64,000 bases of DNA from an uncultured Actinomycetes bacterium (GTDB lineage Bacteria; Actinomycetota; UBA4738; JBBDTT01): positions 736,001 to 800,000 of the forward strand of contig CAVUMN010000004.1 of assembly GCA_963742735.1 (NCBI GenBank), given 5' to 3'. Shown in pieces: positions 27,776 through 38,427 of this stretch. How positions within the stretch are numbered: position 1 is the first letter of the stretch; every line of letters begins with the position of its first letter. The notes beneath the pieces are model-generated. The model was not told the origin of the DNA. It did not search any database and was given only the letters and a program-made list of their open reading frames with translations. The position numbers and the translations under genes were made by a program.

Positions 27776-29080
27776 TCAAGCTTGGACGCCGCCGGCGTTC
27801 GCGGCCCGGTCGAGGGCGGCCGACGCGAGGCGATCGGTCAGGTTCTCGCCGGTCATCAGGCCCTCCGCGAGCGGAACCAGGTCCTCGCCGTCGCGGCCCG
27901 TGACGGGGTAGTGCGCCCACCGCACGCCGAACAGCTGGTAGCGCGACGCACGCGCGCGGGCCCACACCTCGGCCAGTGCGAACGCGCCGGACGCGCGGGC
28001 CTCCGGGGGCGCCTCCAGGAGCAGCAGCGCGAACTGCATGGCCATCGACTCGGCGTCCCACTGATCGAGCCAGGGGCCGACCTCCGCCGCGAGCGCCGGG
28101 TCCAGGCCGTTGCGGCACCCGCCCACCAGGTAGGTCCGCAGCGGACCGGGGTCGCCGGCCAGGGCGGCGTCGACCCACCCGGCCACGTCCGGGTCCTCCG
28201 CGGGGTCGCCGGCCCACGTCCGCGACGCCCGGGCCAGCGGCTCCAGGCCGGGCTCCTCCGCCACCGCGTCGGCCCAGGCCGCCTCGGGATCGACCGACGG
28301 GTCGAGCCAGAACCGCACCCCGGCGGCGAGCCCCACCCGGCTGGCGCGGGCCAGGGACATGAAGTTGAAGAAGACGCCGGAGGTGGCCTCGGGGAGATCC
28401 GGGTCGCGGCCGCGATAGGGCCCCAGGTGGAGCACGCTGGACATCGCGCCGTCGTTGACCGGGTAGTTCTCGGCGAACAGCAGCGGGCGGCCCAGCTCCT
28501 CGGCGAGCGAGCGGGCCATCGCGCCTTCGACGCGCGGGCTGACGATCGAGGGGCCGGTCCACATGGCGTCGGCGCCCTCGGGGAGCCCGTCGTGGTAGGC
28601 CCGCAGGTACTCGGTGGCGCGGTTGGTGGCGTAGTCGGTCGGGCAGGTCACCCACCGCACGTCCGGCCCCAGGCGCTGGGCGGCGAACCGGATGCCGCCG
28701 GCGTGGGCCGCGCCCAGGTCGGACCCACCCGGCGGGACGTCGTCGAACGCGACGCCCAGGACGCGCGCCCCGAGCTCGGCGAAGGACTCGAGCTTCGCGG
28801 CGAGGGGCTCCTGGTCGCCCGGGGACCAGTCGAGGCCGGGGGATACGACGAGGGCGACGTCCACGCCGGCGTCGTGGCCGGTCGCCAGCAGCTCACGGAA
28901 TTGATCCTGGCGGTCGGCCGGATAGGGCTCACGCCATCGCTGGCGGTGGAACGGGTCGTCCTTGGGGGCGTAGCCGTAGGCGTTGAACCCGTGGGCGCCG
29001 AGCCATTCCACGAGGTCGAGGCGGTCCTGCGGTTCGAGCGGGGGACCGTAGTACCCCTCGACCGCGCCGAGCCATCTCAT
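27776..29080 (-). CDS. GH84 beta-N-acetylglucosaminidase (O-GlcNAcase/hyaluronidase-like), cytoplasmic
   Basis: VEGYYGPP, YAPKDDPFHR, catalytic FDD, CPTDY, WTGP and NYPVND; no signal peptide. Confidence 0.9.
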   Translation of the reverse strand: MRWLGAVEGYYGPPLEPQDRLDLVEWLGAHGFNAYGYAPKDDPFHRQRWREPYPADRQDQFRELLATGHDAGVDVALVVSPGLDWSPGDQEPLAAKLESFAELGARVLGVAFDDVPPGGSDLGAAHAGGIRFAAQRLGPDVRWVTCPTDYATNRATEYLRAYHDGLPEGADAMWTGPSIVSPRVEGAMARSLAEELGRPLLFAENYPVNDGAMSSVLHLGPYRGRDPDLPEATSGVFFNFMSLARASRVGLAAGVRFWLDPSVDPEAAWADAVAEEPGLEPLARASRTWAGDPAEDPDVAGWVDAALAGDPGPLRTYLVGGCRNGLDPALAAEVGPWLDQWDAESMAMQFALLLLEAPPEARASGAFALAEVWARARASRYQLFGVRWAHYPVTGRDGEDLVPLAEGLMTGENLTDRLASAALDRAANAGGVQA

Positions 29081-29145
29081 CGCCTTCGGGCTCCATTGCC
29101 GGGCCCCACGGCGGTAGGTAAGGTGCCCTTCCGAATGCCCATCGC

Positions 29146-30200
29146 ATGCTCAGGATAAGTGCGCCCGCACCGCCGGACGGCCCGCCCGTCACGGTGGCCG
29201 TCGATGGGTCCTCGTTCGCCGCTCCGGACGGTGCCGCCGTCGAGCTCCCCGAGGGATGGGCGATCACCGCCGGGCTGATCGACCTCCAGGTCAACGGGCT
29301 CGAGGGCCTGTTCCCGGTGGTGGACCCGGCGTCGCTGCCGGCGCTCGATCGCGAGCTCGCCGCGCGCGGCGTGGCCGGCTACCTGGTGGCGGTGCCCTCC
29401 GGCGATCCGGAGCAGGTCCGGGCCCTGGCGGACGCGGCGGAGGCGTTCGCCGCCGAGCCGGGGTCGGGGCTGCTCGGCCTGCACCTGGAGGGGCCGGTCC
29501 TGGCGCCCGAGTATCGCGGCGCGCACCGCGAGGAGCAGCTGCGCCCCGGGGACGACCCCGAGGCGCTGGCGCTGCTCGATCTTCCCGGCGTGCGGCTGGT
29601 GACCGTGGCTCCGGAGGTCCCGGGAGCGCTGGCCTACGCGCGGGCGGCTCAGGACCGGGGCATCGTCGTGGCCGCCGGCCACACCGGCGCGACGGCGGAG
29701 CAGGCCCGTGAGGCCATCGACGCCGGCATCCGGCTGGTCACCCACGTCTTCAACGCCATGACCCCGGTCCACCAGCGCGCCCCGGGGCTGCGCTGGCCTA
29801 CCTGCAGCATCCGAACGCTCGCGTCGCGTTCATCGCCGACGGCGTCCACCTGCACGACGACCTGGTCGAGCTCATCCTCGCCACCGCTCCGGACCGTTGC
29901 CTGCTGGTCAGCGACGTCGCGCCCAACGACGGGGTGGACCCGGATCACGACGGGCTGGCCGGGTCGGCGGCCACGATCGCCGACGGGGTTCGCCGCGTGG
30001 CGACCGTCCACGGGCTGGGCCTCACGGCGGCCGTCCGCCTGGCCAGCGAGCGTCCGGCCGAGGTGCTCGGGGACCCGAACCGCGGGCGGCTCGAGCCCGG
30101 GGCGCGGGCCGACATGACGATCTGGGCAGCCGACGGCGCGGTCGCCGCGACCTTCCGCGGCGGCCGGCTGGTGCACCGTTCGGACGCCCTCAGCCTGTAG
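29146..30200 (+). pseudogene. nagA: N-acetylglucosamine-6-phosphate deacetylase, frameshifted near 29790
   Basis: GLIDLQVNG, GLHLEGP, GAH, TVAPE, AGHT and THVFNAM; continues in another frame as IADGVHL, LVSD, LAGS, PAEVLG and GARAD. Confidence 0.85.
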
Positions 30201-30212
30201 CCCGGCGGCGCC

Positions 30213-32221
30213 TCACCGGACGGTGCGGGCGCCCTCGAGGAAGACCGAGCGGAGCAGGTCGGGGCGCTTCAGGAGCTGGGCGGTGGGGCCCGAGAATCGG
30301 ACCTCGCCCTTCTCCATGAAGTAGGCGCGCTCGGCCAGGGTCAGCGCGACGTTCACCGACTGCTCGACCAGGACCACCGTCACCCCGTCCGCGTTCATCC
30401 GCCGGACCGCCTCCAGCAGCTCCTGGACGACCGTCGGCGCGAGCCCCAGGGACAGCTCGTCGATGAGCAGCAGCTTCGGCCGCAGGAGGAAGGACTGGGC
30501 CAGGGTGAGCATCTGCCGCTCGCCGCCCGAGAGCAGCCCCGCGCGCTGGCGGCGGCGCTCCTTCAGACGGGGGAACATCGCGAGCGCCTCGGCCATCCGC
30601 TGTTCCGCGATCTCGCCGTCGTGGCGGAGCAGGAACGCGCCCATCCGAAGGTTCTCCTCGACGGTCAGCCCCGGGAACACGCCCCGCCCGCCGGGGACCT
30701 GGACGATGCCCCTGGCGACGGTGTGCTCCGGCGCCTCGCCGGTCACCGGCTCGCCCTCGAACCACACGTTGCCGCCGTCGGGCTCCACGATCCCCGAGAT
30801 CGCGTTCAGCGTCGTGGACTTGCCGGCGCCGTTCGTGCCGAGCAGCGCCACCACCTCGCCCCGGCGGATCTCGAGGTCGACGCCGAACAGGACCCGCACA
30901 CCGCCGTAGGAGACCGTCAGGCCCTTGACCTCCAGCAGGACGGCGGCCTCGCCCTGCCTTCGCGGCGTGTTCGGGGGCAGCCGCTCGACGTCGTCGTCCA
31001 GGTAGCGCGCGGCCTGGAAGAAGTACAGGACGCCGCGGAGGAACACCGGCGCCATCGACGAACGGCCCACCGCAAGCTGGCCTCCGCCGAGCGACGCCAG
31101 CAGACGTCCACCCGACGCCCGCCAGCGCGACGAGCCGCCCGAGGGCGAACGCCGACGCGCGGATCTCGGGCGGCGCGACGCTCGCGATCACCGCCAGCAG
31201 GCCCGGGGTGACGAACGCGAACACCGCGACGACGACCCAGATCAGGAACACCAGCGGGGCAGGCTCGGCGCGATGGGCAGGATCGCCAGGGCGATTCCAG
31301 CGAGCACGCCGGACCAGCACAGGATCCGCATCCCGTCGCTCGGCCTGGCGTCGATGCGGCGCTGCATCACCGTGGTGCCGATGATCACGCCGGCGATCGA
31401 GATCGCCGTGCCGGCCGCGAAGAGCAGGGAACGCTGTCCGGGGCGCACATCCCCACTCCTCCTCGAGGAAGAACTGGAGAGCGTTGCCCACGCCGAATAC
31501 CGCCCCGGCGGTGAACGCCAGGCCGATCCACTGATAGCGGAGCGACCGCACCGCCCACAGTCGCCGGGCCATCCGCGCGCAGGGGCGGCGCCTCGGGCGC
31601 CTCGATCGCCTCCCACCGTCCGCGCGGCGGGCTCCTTGAGCCGGGCCGCCAGGACCAGGAGCACCAGGGTCGGGATCGCCAGCACGAAGAACGGCACCCG
31701 CCAGCCCAACTGGTCGGCGATGAACCCCGCCAGAACGGCTCCGAACATGATGCCGGCGGGGTTCGCCAGGGAGTGGATGCCGAACGCCTTCACCCGCGCC
31801 CGCGGCGAGTAGAACTCCGCGATCAGCGCGGCATGGATCGGCTCGTTCACGAACCGGCCGAAGCCCGACTGCCCACCCGCGCCACGACCAGCACCCACAG
31901 CGCCGGCGCCAGGCCGGTCAGGAGCGAGAACGCGCCCCACGCCGCCGCGGCCGCGATGGCCATCGGCATGCGCCGCTTCCGGTCCGCGACGTGGGCGACC
32001 GGGAGGACGAGCAGCGGCACAGGAGCACGACGAGAACGCTGATCGCCCCGAACAGCCCCACGCCGATCCCGAAGTGCCGGGCGATCTCCGGGCCGAGCAG
32101 GCCGAACGCGTAGGTGTCGAGCTCGTCGGCGGCGTTGAGGGCGAACAGCACCGCGATCGGCATGGCCGCCTCGCCGTTCAGGTCAGGTACGAGCGGGCCC
32201 GCGCGCGAACAGCTCCCTCAC
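30213..32221 (-). pseudogene. MFS transporter fused to a LivF-like ABC ATPase; multiple frameshifts in the MFS part
   Basis: MFS fragments (LFALNAADELD, FIADQLGWRVPF) lead into GTNGAGKST, LSGGERQ and LLIDELSLGLAP. GTG at 32221 overlaps the upstream TGA. Confidence 0.75.
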
Positions 32222-34180
32222 CTGAGGGCGGCCTCCTCGAGGGGTTCCGGCGCCGGCTCGGCCTCGGCGGCGGCGTTCGGCCTGCGGGTCGATCCCGGTC
32301 ACCCCCGGGCCAGCAGGTCGCGGGCGCCGAACATGAGCGCGCGGCGAGGCCGCCCGGAAGGAACAGCAGCAGGATCAGCAGGCCGAAGCCCGTGGTGAGC
32401 AGCCCGATGTACTGGCGAGATCTGGCCGAAGAGGAACGGGATCCCGCGCAGGTAGAAGGCGCCGAGGATGGCCCCGGCTGGGGACCCCAGCCCGCCGATC
32501 ACGACCGCGGCCACGATCGGTGAGCGAGCGGATCGAGGGGAACGACCACGCCGTCGGCCAGCCCCACGCCCGCGGACCACAGGAACCCGGCCGCGGCGGC
32601 GACGACCCCCGAGATCGCGAACGCCCCGAGCTTCGTCCGCACGACGCTGACCCCATCGACGCCGCCTGCGCGGGGTTGTCGCGGACCGCGATCATGTTGC
32701 GGCCCACGCGGCTGTCCCGGAGGGCCCGCACCACCACGAGCGCCGCGACCAGGAACGCCAGCCCGACGCCGTAGTAGATGCGGTTGGTCATGTAGACGGG
32801 CCGGGGGAAGAACCCGTCTGCCGCGAACCACGGCTGCTTGAACAACCACAGCTCCGCGGAGAGGGCGAAGGCCAGCGTCGCCACCGCCAGGGACGCGCCC
32901 TCCAGGCGCAGCGCGGGCAGGCCGAGCAGCAGCGCAGCGCACCGCCCAGGGCGGCGGCGATCACGAAGGCCACCCAGAACGGCAGCTGCATCTCGACCAC
33001 CAGCTGCGACCCGAAGACGCCACCCACGCCGGCGATCGCCCACTGGCCCAGCGACATCTGACCCGCCCAGCCGGTCAGCACCGTCATCGACACCGCCACC
33101 CCCGACACCAGGAAGATCGTGGCCAGCAGGAACGTGGTCGACGGGCCGAGGACGAACGGGCGGATCGCGACGGTGGCCAGCCCGGTCCCACGCGGCCCAG
33201 GACGACGCGGCGCCAGCGGGGATCGCCGGCGATCTCCACGGGCAGGGGCCGGACCGGCTCGGTCGCCTCCCACGACGAGTCGTCGGTGGCCCCGGCCCGG
33301 CCCCGGGAGCCGCGGCGCAGCAGCAGCGCGCCCAGCACGACGACGAAGAGCACCAGGAGGTCAGGCTGCTCTGCCCGGTCCAGAAGAAGACGACCTGGTC
33401 GACCACGCCCAGGCCGAGCCCGACCGCGAAGGCCACCGGGACCGACTCCATCCTCGCGATCGTCGCGGCGGCGAGACCCCGCATCAGGAGCGGCAGCCCC
33501 ACCGCCTCGGTGGAGGCGAACCCGATGATGGGCGCCAGCAGGACGGCGGCGACGCCCGAGAGCAGCCCCGCCACCACCCACGCGATCGTCGAGACCCGGC
33601 GGACCGGGATGCCCAGGAGGCGCGCGCGCTGGGCGTTCTCGGCCGCGGCCCGCAGCGCCACCCCGTACCGCGACCAGCGGAGGAAGGCGTAGACGGCCAG
33701 GGCCAGGAGCGGCCCGACGATCAGGGCGATGATGTGGCCCGGCTGCAGCACGATGCTTCCGAACTCGATCGGCTCGAAGTGGATCGGGACGGGGAAGTCC
33801 TGCCCGCCTCCGAAGAACCCGGCGAGCTCGCCGGCCGCGATCCTCGGCCGGGGAATGATCAGCCGCAGCACGATGATCAGCTGGGCGATCCCGATCGTGG
33901 CGATGAGCAGGATCAGGCGAGGGCTGCGGAAGAGGCGCCGCAGGACGATCCGTTCCACCCCGGCCGCCAGGACGGCGGTCGACAGCAGGCTCATCCCCAG
34001 GGCCGGCCAGTAGTCCCAGTGCGCGTTGTGGAACAGCGCGAGCATGACCGCGACGGTGAACGCGCCCAGCTCGCCGTGGGCGAGGTTGATCACCCGGTTG
34101 GCCTTGTAGATCAGGACCAGTCCGACCGCGAGCAGGGCGCCGCCCATGCCGATCGTCAGGCCGAGGACGACGATGTCCAC
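32218..34180 (-). pseudogene. Fused LivH-LivM-type ABC permease; multiple frameshifts
   Basis: GLVLIYKANRVINLAHGELG, ALRAAAEN, LTGWAGQMSLGQ, LAVATLAF, AVRDNPAQA and VVIGGLGS are spread over several frames. Confidence 0.8.
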
Positions 34181-34231
34181 CGCTACGCCATGTCGATCGC
34201 GAGCGGCTCGCTCATCGCGGCGCCAGACGGT

Positions 34232-35776
34232 CTAGGTGAAGTACCTGCGCAGGTCCTCGCACCCGCCGTTGCTCGGCCCGAGGAGGCGGTAGTAGCAGGG
34301 GTACTCGGGGAACGTGTACGCCTTCTCGTTCCACTTGACCACCGTGTAGTGGCTGAACCCGCGCGTCTTGAAGGGCCCGTCCGCGTCGGGGATGGAGAAG
34401 TCCATCGGCACATGGCCGTCGTAGAAGAAGTCGTTGGTGATTCCGTTCGCCCCCAGCAGAAGGGTGTCGGAGCTCAGGGTGCCGGTGAGCTTCACCGCCC
34501 TGCGCATGATCTCCGCGGTGGTGAGGATCTGGGCGCACGCGATGTTCGTCGCGGCCGACGTGGACGAGCCGTCCTCGCCGTTGTACCGGCGGTAGATCTC
34601 GGCGCACTTCCCCGCCGAGGGGTGCTCGCCGGTGGGCACGCGCGTGGACAGCCCGTACGCGCGGTTCCACTGCGGACGGTCCATCAGCCGGCCCGCGTAG
34701 TCCTGGTCGGCCTCGACCATGAGCGGGTTCCAGGTCCACGTCGGGTTCCACCGGTTCTGGGTCGCCGCCTTCGTGAAGAAGATCAGGGCGATCGGGTTGC
34801 CGGCCATGAACCAGACCTGGTCGCATCCGTCCCGCTTGGCCCTGGCCGCGATGGCGTTGGACTGTTTCTGGGCGCTCTCGACCTTCTCCTCGTAGACGAT
34901 CGTGTCCATCGAGAACTGGAGCCCGTGCTTGCGCATCTTCTCGTGGAGCACCGCCTCGGCGACGTCCCAGTTGCCCGACGCGCCGTTCTCCGGTCGGATC
35001 AGGCAGGGTTGGTGGTTCTGGGTCTCCAGGTAGTGCCTCCCGAAGCTCGCCCAGGCGTCGAACGCGGGGCCGATCGGCTCCAGGAGCATCAGGCCGTTCG
35101 GCCCGTACTTCGCCAGCGAGGCAGGATCCTCGCGGCCGCCGAAGACGGGGAGCTTGCGGGCGATCAGGTAGTCGCTCTCAACGTGCAGGCCGGGGATGGC
35201 GAGGAACACCTTGTCCTCCTCGAGCATCTGGATGGCTGCGGCGATGTTCTTCTCGGTGCACGTTCCGCCGTCGTCGACGATGACGGGCCGGTACTCGCGG
35301 CCGCCGATGCCACCGGTGTCGTTGATGTGGCTCACGAACGCGTCGATGGCCCGTCGGGGGTTTCCTCCGGCCGGCCCGAGGAGCTGCGCGAGCTGCGCCG
35401 CGTCGCCGCACTGACTGACGTTGTAGGAGATGCCGACCTTCACGTAGTCGTCGGTGACCCCCTGGTCGAGCAGCCCGAAGTCGGGGATCTGGTCGGGGGT
35501 GATCGGGGGCGGCACCGTCGGGGTGTTGAGCCCGGGCTTCTTCTTCTTGCCCTTCTTCTTGTCCTTGGGAGAGGGGGAGGTGGATCCGTCGGGGCCCACC
35601 TCGCCGGGGCCGATCGTCGGGTCCTGCGACTCGCTCGCGGAGGCCGGGGTGGTGTCGGCCGCCTTTCCGACCGGCCCGAGCGCGGCCAGCCCGGACATGA
35701 ACACGACGGAGATCGCGATCGCGATGGCCCGGGTGGCGAGCCGGTGCTGGAGGAGGCGCAGGAGCGAGCCGATCAT
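34232..35776 (-). CDS. ABC transporter substrate-binding protein (branched-chain/periplasmic binding protein type I)
   Basis: N-terminal TM/signal; GVTDDYVKVG and INDTGGIGGR...VIVDDG; sits between the permease and the ATPase. Confidence 0.82.
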   Translation of the reverse strand: MIGSLLRLLQHRLATRAIAIAISVVFMSGLAALGPVGKAADTTPASASESQDPTIGPGEVGPDGSTSPSPKDKKKGKKKKPGLNTPTVPPPITPDQIPDFGLLDQGVTDDYVKVGISYNVSQCGDAAQLAQLLGPAGGNPRRAIDAFVSHINDTGGIGGREYRPVIVDDGGTCTEKNIAAAIQMLEEDKVFLAIPGLHVESDYLIARKLPVFGGREDPASLAKYGPNGLMLLEPIGPAFDAWASFGRHYLETQNHQPCLIRPENGASGNWDVAEAVLHEKMRKHGLQFSMDTIVYEEKVESAQKQSNAIAARAKRDGCDQVWFMAGNPIALIFFTKAATQNRWNPTWTWNPLMVEADQDYAGRLMDRPQWNRAYGLSTRVPTGEHPSAGKCAEIYRRYNGEDGSSTSAATNIACAQILTTAEIMRRAVKLTGTLSSDTLLLGANGITNDFFYDGHVPMDFSIPDADGPFKTRGFSHYTVVKWNEKAYTFPEYPCYYRLLGPSNGGCEDLRRYFT

Positions 35777-35806
35777 CGAGTCCCTTCCGGCGGGCCGGGG
35801 AGTTGA

Positions 35807-35835
35807 AAACTACAGATATCTCGCGGACCGGGCAA
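35807..35835 (-). promoter_or_regulatory. Sigma-A-type promoter for the substrate-binding protein gene
   Basis: TTGCCC-N17-TAGTTT on the minus strand. Confidence 0.55.
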
Positions 35836-35857
35836 GCAATCCGCGCGAGGCTCGATG

Positions 35858-36784
35858 CTACTGCTTGGTTCGCGGCACCCGAGCCCGGTTCCTGGCTGCC
35901 GGCTTCCTGGTTGCGGAGGCCTTCTCCGCGGCGGGCTTCCTCGCCGCGGCGCGCTTGCGGGGGCGGATCGCGCCCGAGCGGTTGATCGCCTCCGGGTCCG
36001 CGCCCAGGTAGGACCGGATCACCTCCGGCTCGTGGACGACGTCGCCGGGGAGGCCCTCCGCGATCACCCTGCCGGTCTCCAGCGCGTACACGCGCTCGGC
36101 CAGGCCGAGGAGGAGCGGCATGTCGTGCTCGATGAGCAGCAGCGCGCACCCCGTCGTGTCGCGAAGCCGGCGAAGCACGGGGCCGAGCGCCTCGGTCTCT
36201 CGCTGGGCGATGCCCGAGGACGGCTCGTCCAGCATCACCACGGACGGCCGCTGGGCGAGCACGCATCCGAGGTCGACGATCCGCCGGGTCCCGGTCGAGA
36301 GCTCCCGGACGAGCTTGTCGCGGAAGGCGCCCAACCCCAGGAGCTCGATGAGCTCCATGGCCGAGGCTCGCGCCCGGGCCTCCGCCCGGCGCGAGGAGGG
36401 CAGGGACAGGGCCGAGGCGACGATCCCCGGTGCCCGGATGGTGAGCTCCGTCGCCACCTCGAGAGTCTCGAGGACGGTCATCGTCGGATAGAGGCGCGCG
36501 TCCTGGAAGCTCCGGCCCAGCCCCGCCGCGGCCCGCCGGTGGGGGAGCATGCCGGTGATCTCCGTCGGCCCGACCCACGCCCGCCCCGAGTGGGGGAGGT
36601 AGCCGCTCAGGCAGTCGAACAGGGTGGTCTTGCCGGCGCCATTGGGCCCGATGATCCCGACGATCTCGCCGTCGGCCACCTCGACGTCGACGCCGTCGAG
36701 CGCGCGGAGGCCCCCGAACGAAACCGAGATCCCTCGGGCCGCCAGCGCCGGCGGACGATCGGGCTGTGGGGCGGCGTTAGCGAT
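35858..36784 (-). CDS. LivG-like ABC ATP-binding protein (start uncertain)
   Basis: ISVSFGGLRALDGV lies upstream of the ORF-track start and in frame; then GPNGAGKTT, RSFQ, LSTG, MLDEPSSG and IEHD. Confidence 0.88.
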   Translation of the reverse strand: MANAAPQPDRPPALAARGISVSFGGLRALDGVDVEVADGEIVGIIGPNGAGKTTLFDCLSGYLPHSGRAWVGPTEITGMLPHRRAAAGLGRSFQDARLYPTMTVLETLEVATELTIRAPGIVASALSLPSSRRAEARARASAMELIELLGLGAFRDKLVRELSTGTRRIVDLGCVLAQRPSVVMLDEPSSGIAQRETEALGPVLRRLRDTTGCALLLIEHDMPLLLGLAERVYALETGRVIAEGLPGDVVHEPEVIRSYLGADPEAINRSGAIRPRKRAAARKPAAEKASATRKPAARNRARVPRTKQ

Positions 36785-38417
36785 GGGACGGACCCGGCCA
36801 GGGCAGGAACGGCGCGACGGGCGGGGGCGCGATCTCCGTGTAGTACCGCAGCATCCAGTACGGCAACAGGTAGTCCACGCCCGGCGCTCGGTAGTTCGTT
36901 GCCTCGTGGCCGTCGAGCTTGGTGGGCGGACGCTGCCATAGGAAGTCCTCCGCGGTTCGCTCGGTGACCTCCAGGGGCACCGCGTGGCGGAGGTCGGTGC
37001 TGACCCCCGGGAACACGGTGATCGTCTGACCGGCGATCACCCAGTCCAGCTGGTCTACCGGCACGCACTCGAGGTCCGAGCCGCACCGCGCGCTGTTGAG
37101 CGGGTCGGTTCCGGCGACCATGTTCGCGCGGTACACCTTCCACTCGCGAAGATGCCGCACCGCGTCCTGGAGGCGGCTCGCCTCGCCGGTGATGGCGTAG
37201 GTGATCGTCTCGAAGTGGGCGTTCTTGTCGTCACGGGTGGTGTGGTCCATCACCGACAGCGCCTGCTTCACCAGGAGCTGCGACACCGCGTCGGGCGCCA
37301 GCCGGGTCACGTTGTACCCGGTGAGGTGATGCAGGTTGAACTTGTAGTAGCCGTCGTTCGGCTGCAGCGCGTCGATCTCCATCGACAGCGCCAGGATCGG
37401 GCCCTGGGTCAGCAGCTCCTCGGCCCACACGGCCTGCCAGGTCAGCTTCTGCTGTGCCGTCCCGGCCTTCCGGTTCACGTGCAGCGCGGCCAGCGCCATG
37501 TTCAGCCGGGCCAGGGGGACGGTGACGAACATCGGCGAGATGAAGTTCTCGAAGTCGTGCCCGAAGATGTCGATCGGCGAGACGTCCTCGAGCTCCTCGG
37601 GCGGGAGCGAGAGGTTCCCGTGGGGCCGCGGCGTCGTCCACGCGTAGGTCAGCGTGTAGCTGGTCATCGCGCTGATGTCTTCCTTGATCTGGCGGCGCAT
37701 GGCCGGGTCGTCCCCCGAGACCAGGTCGAACGCGGTGAGCAGGCCGAACGTCGTGCCCGCATACGCGTCGCGACTGGTGCCGTCCTCGCAGTAGTAGGAC
37801 TTCCCGTCCTCCCACGCGAGCGGGCCGAACACTCGGGGTCCGTGGGGAAGGTCCCACGTCTGCCACCAGGGGGCGTCGGTGGGCGCGCACGCCCGCATCA
37901 GGTAGCCGGCCTCGCCGTGGAACACGCCGCCCCCGAAGCCGGGCGGGTCGAGCGAGGGGCTGAACGCGTAGTCCCAGTTCCGGGAGATGTTGATCAGCAG
38001 GTGGTACTTGGCGACCATCTGGTCGATCCGCGCCTTGGCCTCGAGCTTCTGCGCCATCCAGAACGCACGGTTGAAGCCGAGCTCGATCTTGCGCTTGGCC
38101 GTCGCGTACCGGAACGACTCGGCGGCCAGGTAGGTGCCGGTCCACAGCGCCGAGTCCGCGAAGTTGTCCAGCCGGGGAACGATCGTGGCGTCGCCCGGGA
38201 AGGCGTTCCGGTTCTGGAACCGCACGTTGTAGACCTGGCCGTTCGCCATCTGCTCGGGGATCTTGGCCTCGAGGCCGAGCGCGTACGTCTGGTCGTCGAC
38301 CGTGAGGACGGTGGGCGCGGCGATCGCGGGCACGGGCCGCAGTACGGCCGCGAACAGCGCCACGGCGGTGAGGACGAGCGTCGCCCGGAGGCGGACGGAG
38401 GGCGCGGGGGATCTCAT
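36777..38417 (-). CDS. Secreted hypothetical protein, probably helical (alpha/alpha)-barrel enzyme
   Basis: Signal peptide (PAIA); motif-like DSALWTGTYLAA, SRDAYAG and DYLLPYWMLRY. The fold is my inference. Confidence 0.75.
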   Translation of the reverse strand: MRSPAPSVRLRATLVLTAVALFAAVLRPVPAIAAPTVLTVDDQTYALGLEAKIPEQMANGQVYNVRFQNRNAFPGDATIVPRLDNFADSALWTGTYLAAESFRYATAKRKIELGFNRAFWMAQKLEAKARIDQMVAKYHLLINISRNWDYAFSPSLDPPGFGGGVFHGEAGYLMRACAPTDAPWWQTWDLPHGPRVFGPLAWEDGKSYYCEDGTSRDAYAGTTFGLLTAFDLVSGDDPAMRRQIKEDISAMTSYTLTYAWTTPRPHGNLSLPPEELEDVSPIDIFGHDFENFISPMFVTVPLARLNMALAALHVNRKAGTAQQKLTWQAVWAEELLTQGPILALSMEIDALQPNDGYYKFNLHHLTGYNVTRLAPDAVSQLLVKQALSVMDHTTRDDKNAHFETITYAITGEASRLQDAVRHLREWKVYRANMVAGTDPLNSARCGSDLECVPVDQLDWVIAGQTITVFPGVSTDLRHAVPLEVTERTAEDFLWQRPPTKLDGHEATNYRAPGVDYLLPYWMLRYYTEIAPPPVAPFLPWPGPSHR

Positions 38418-38427
38418 CGGGTCCTTT

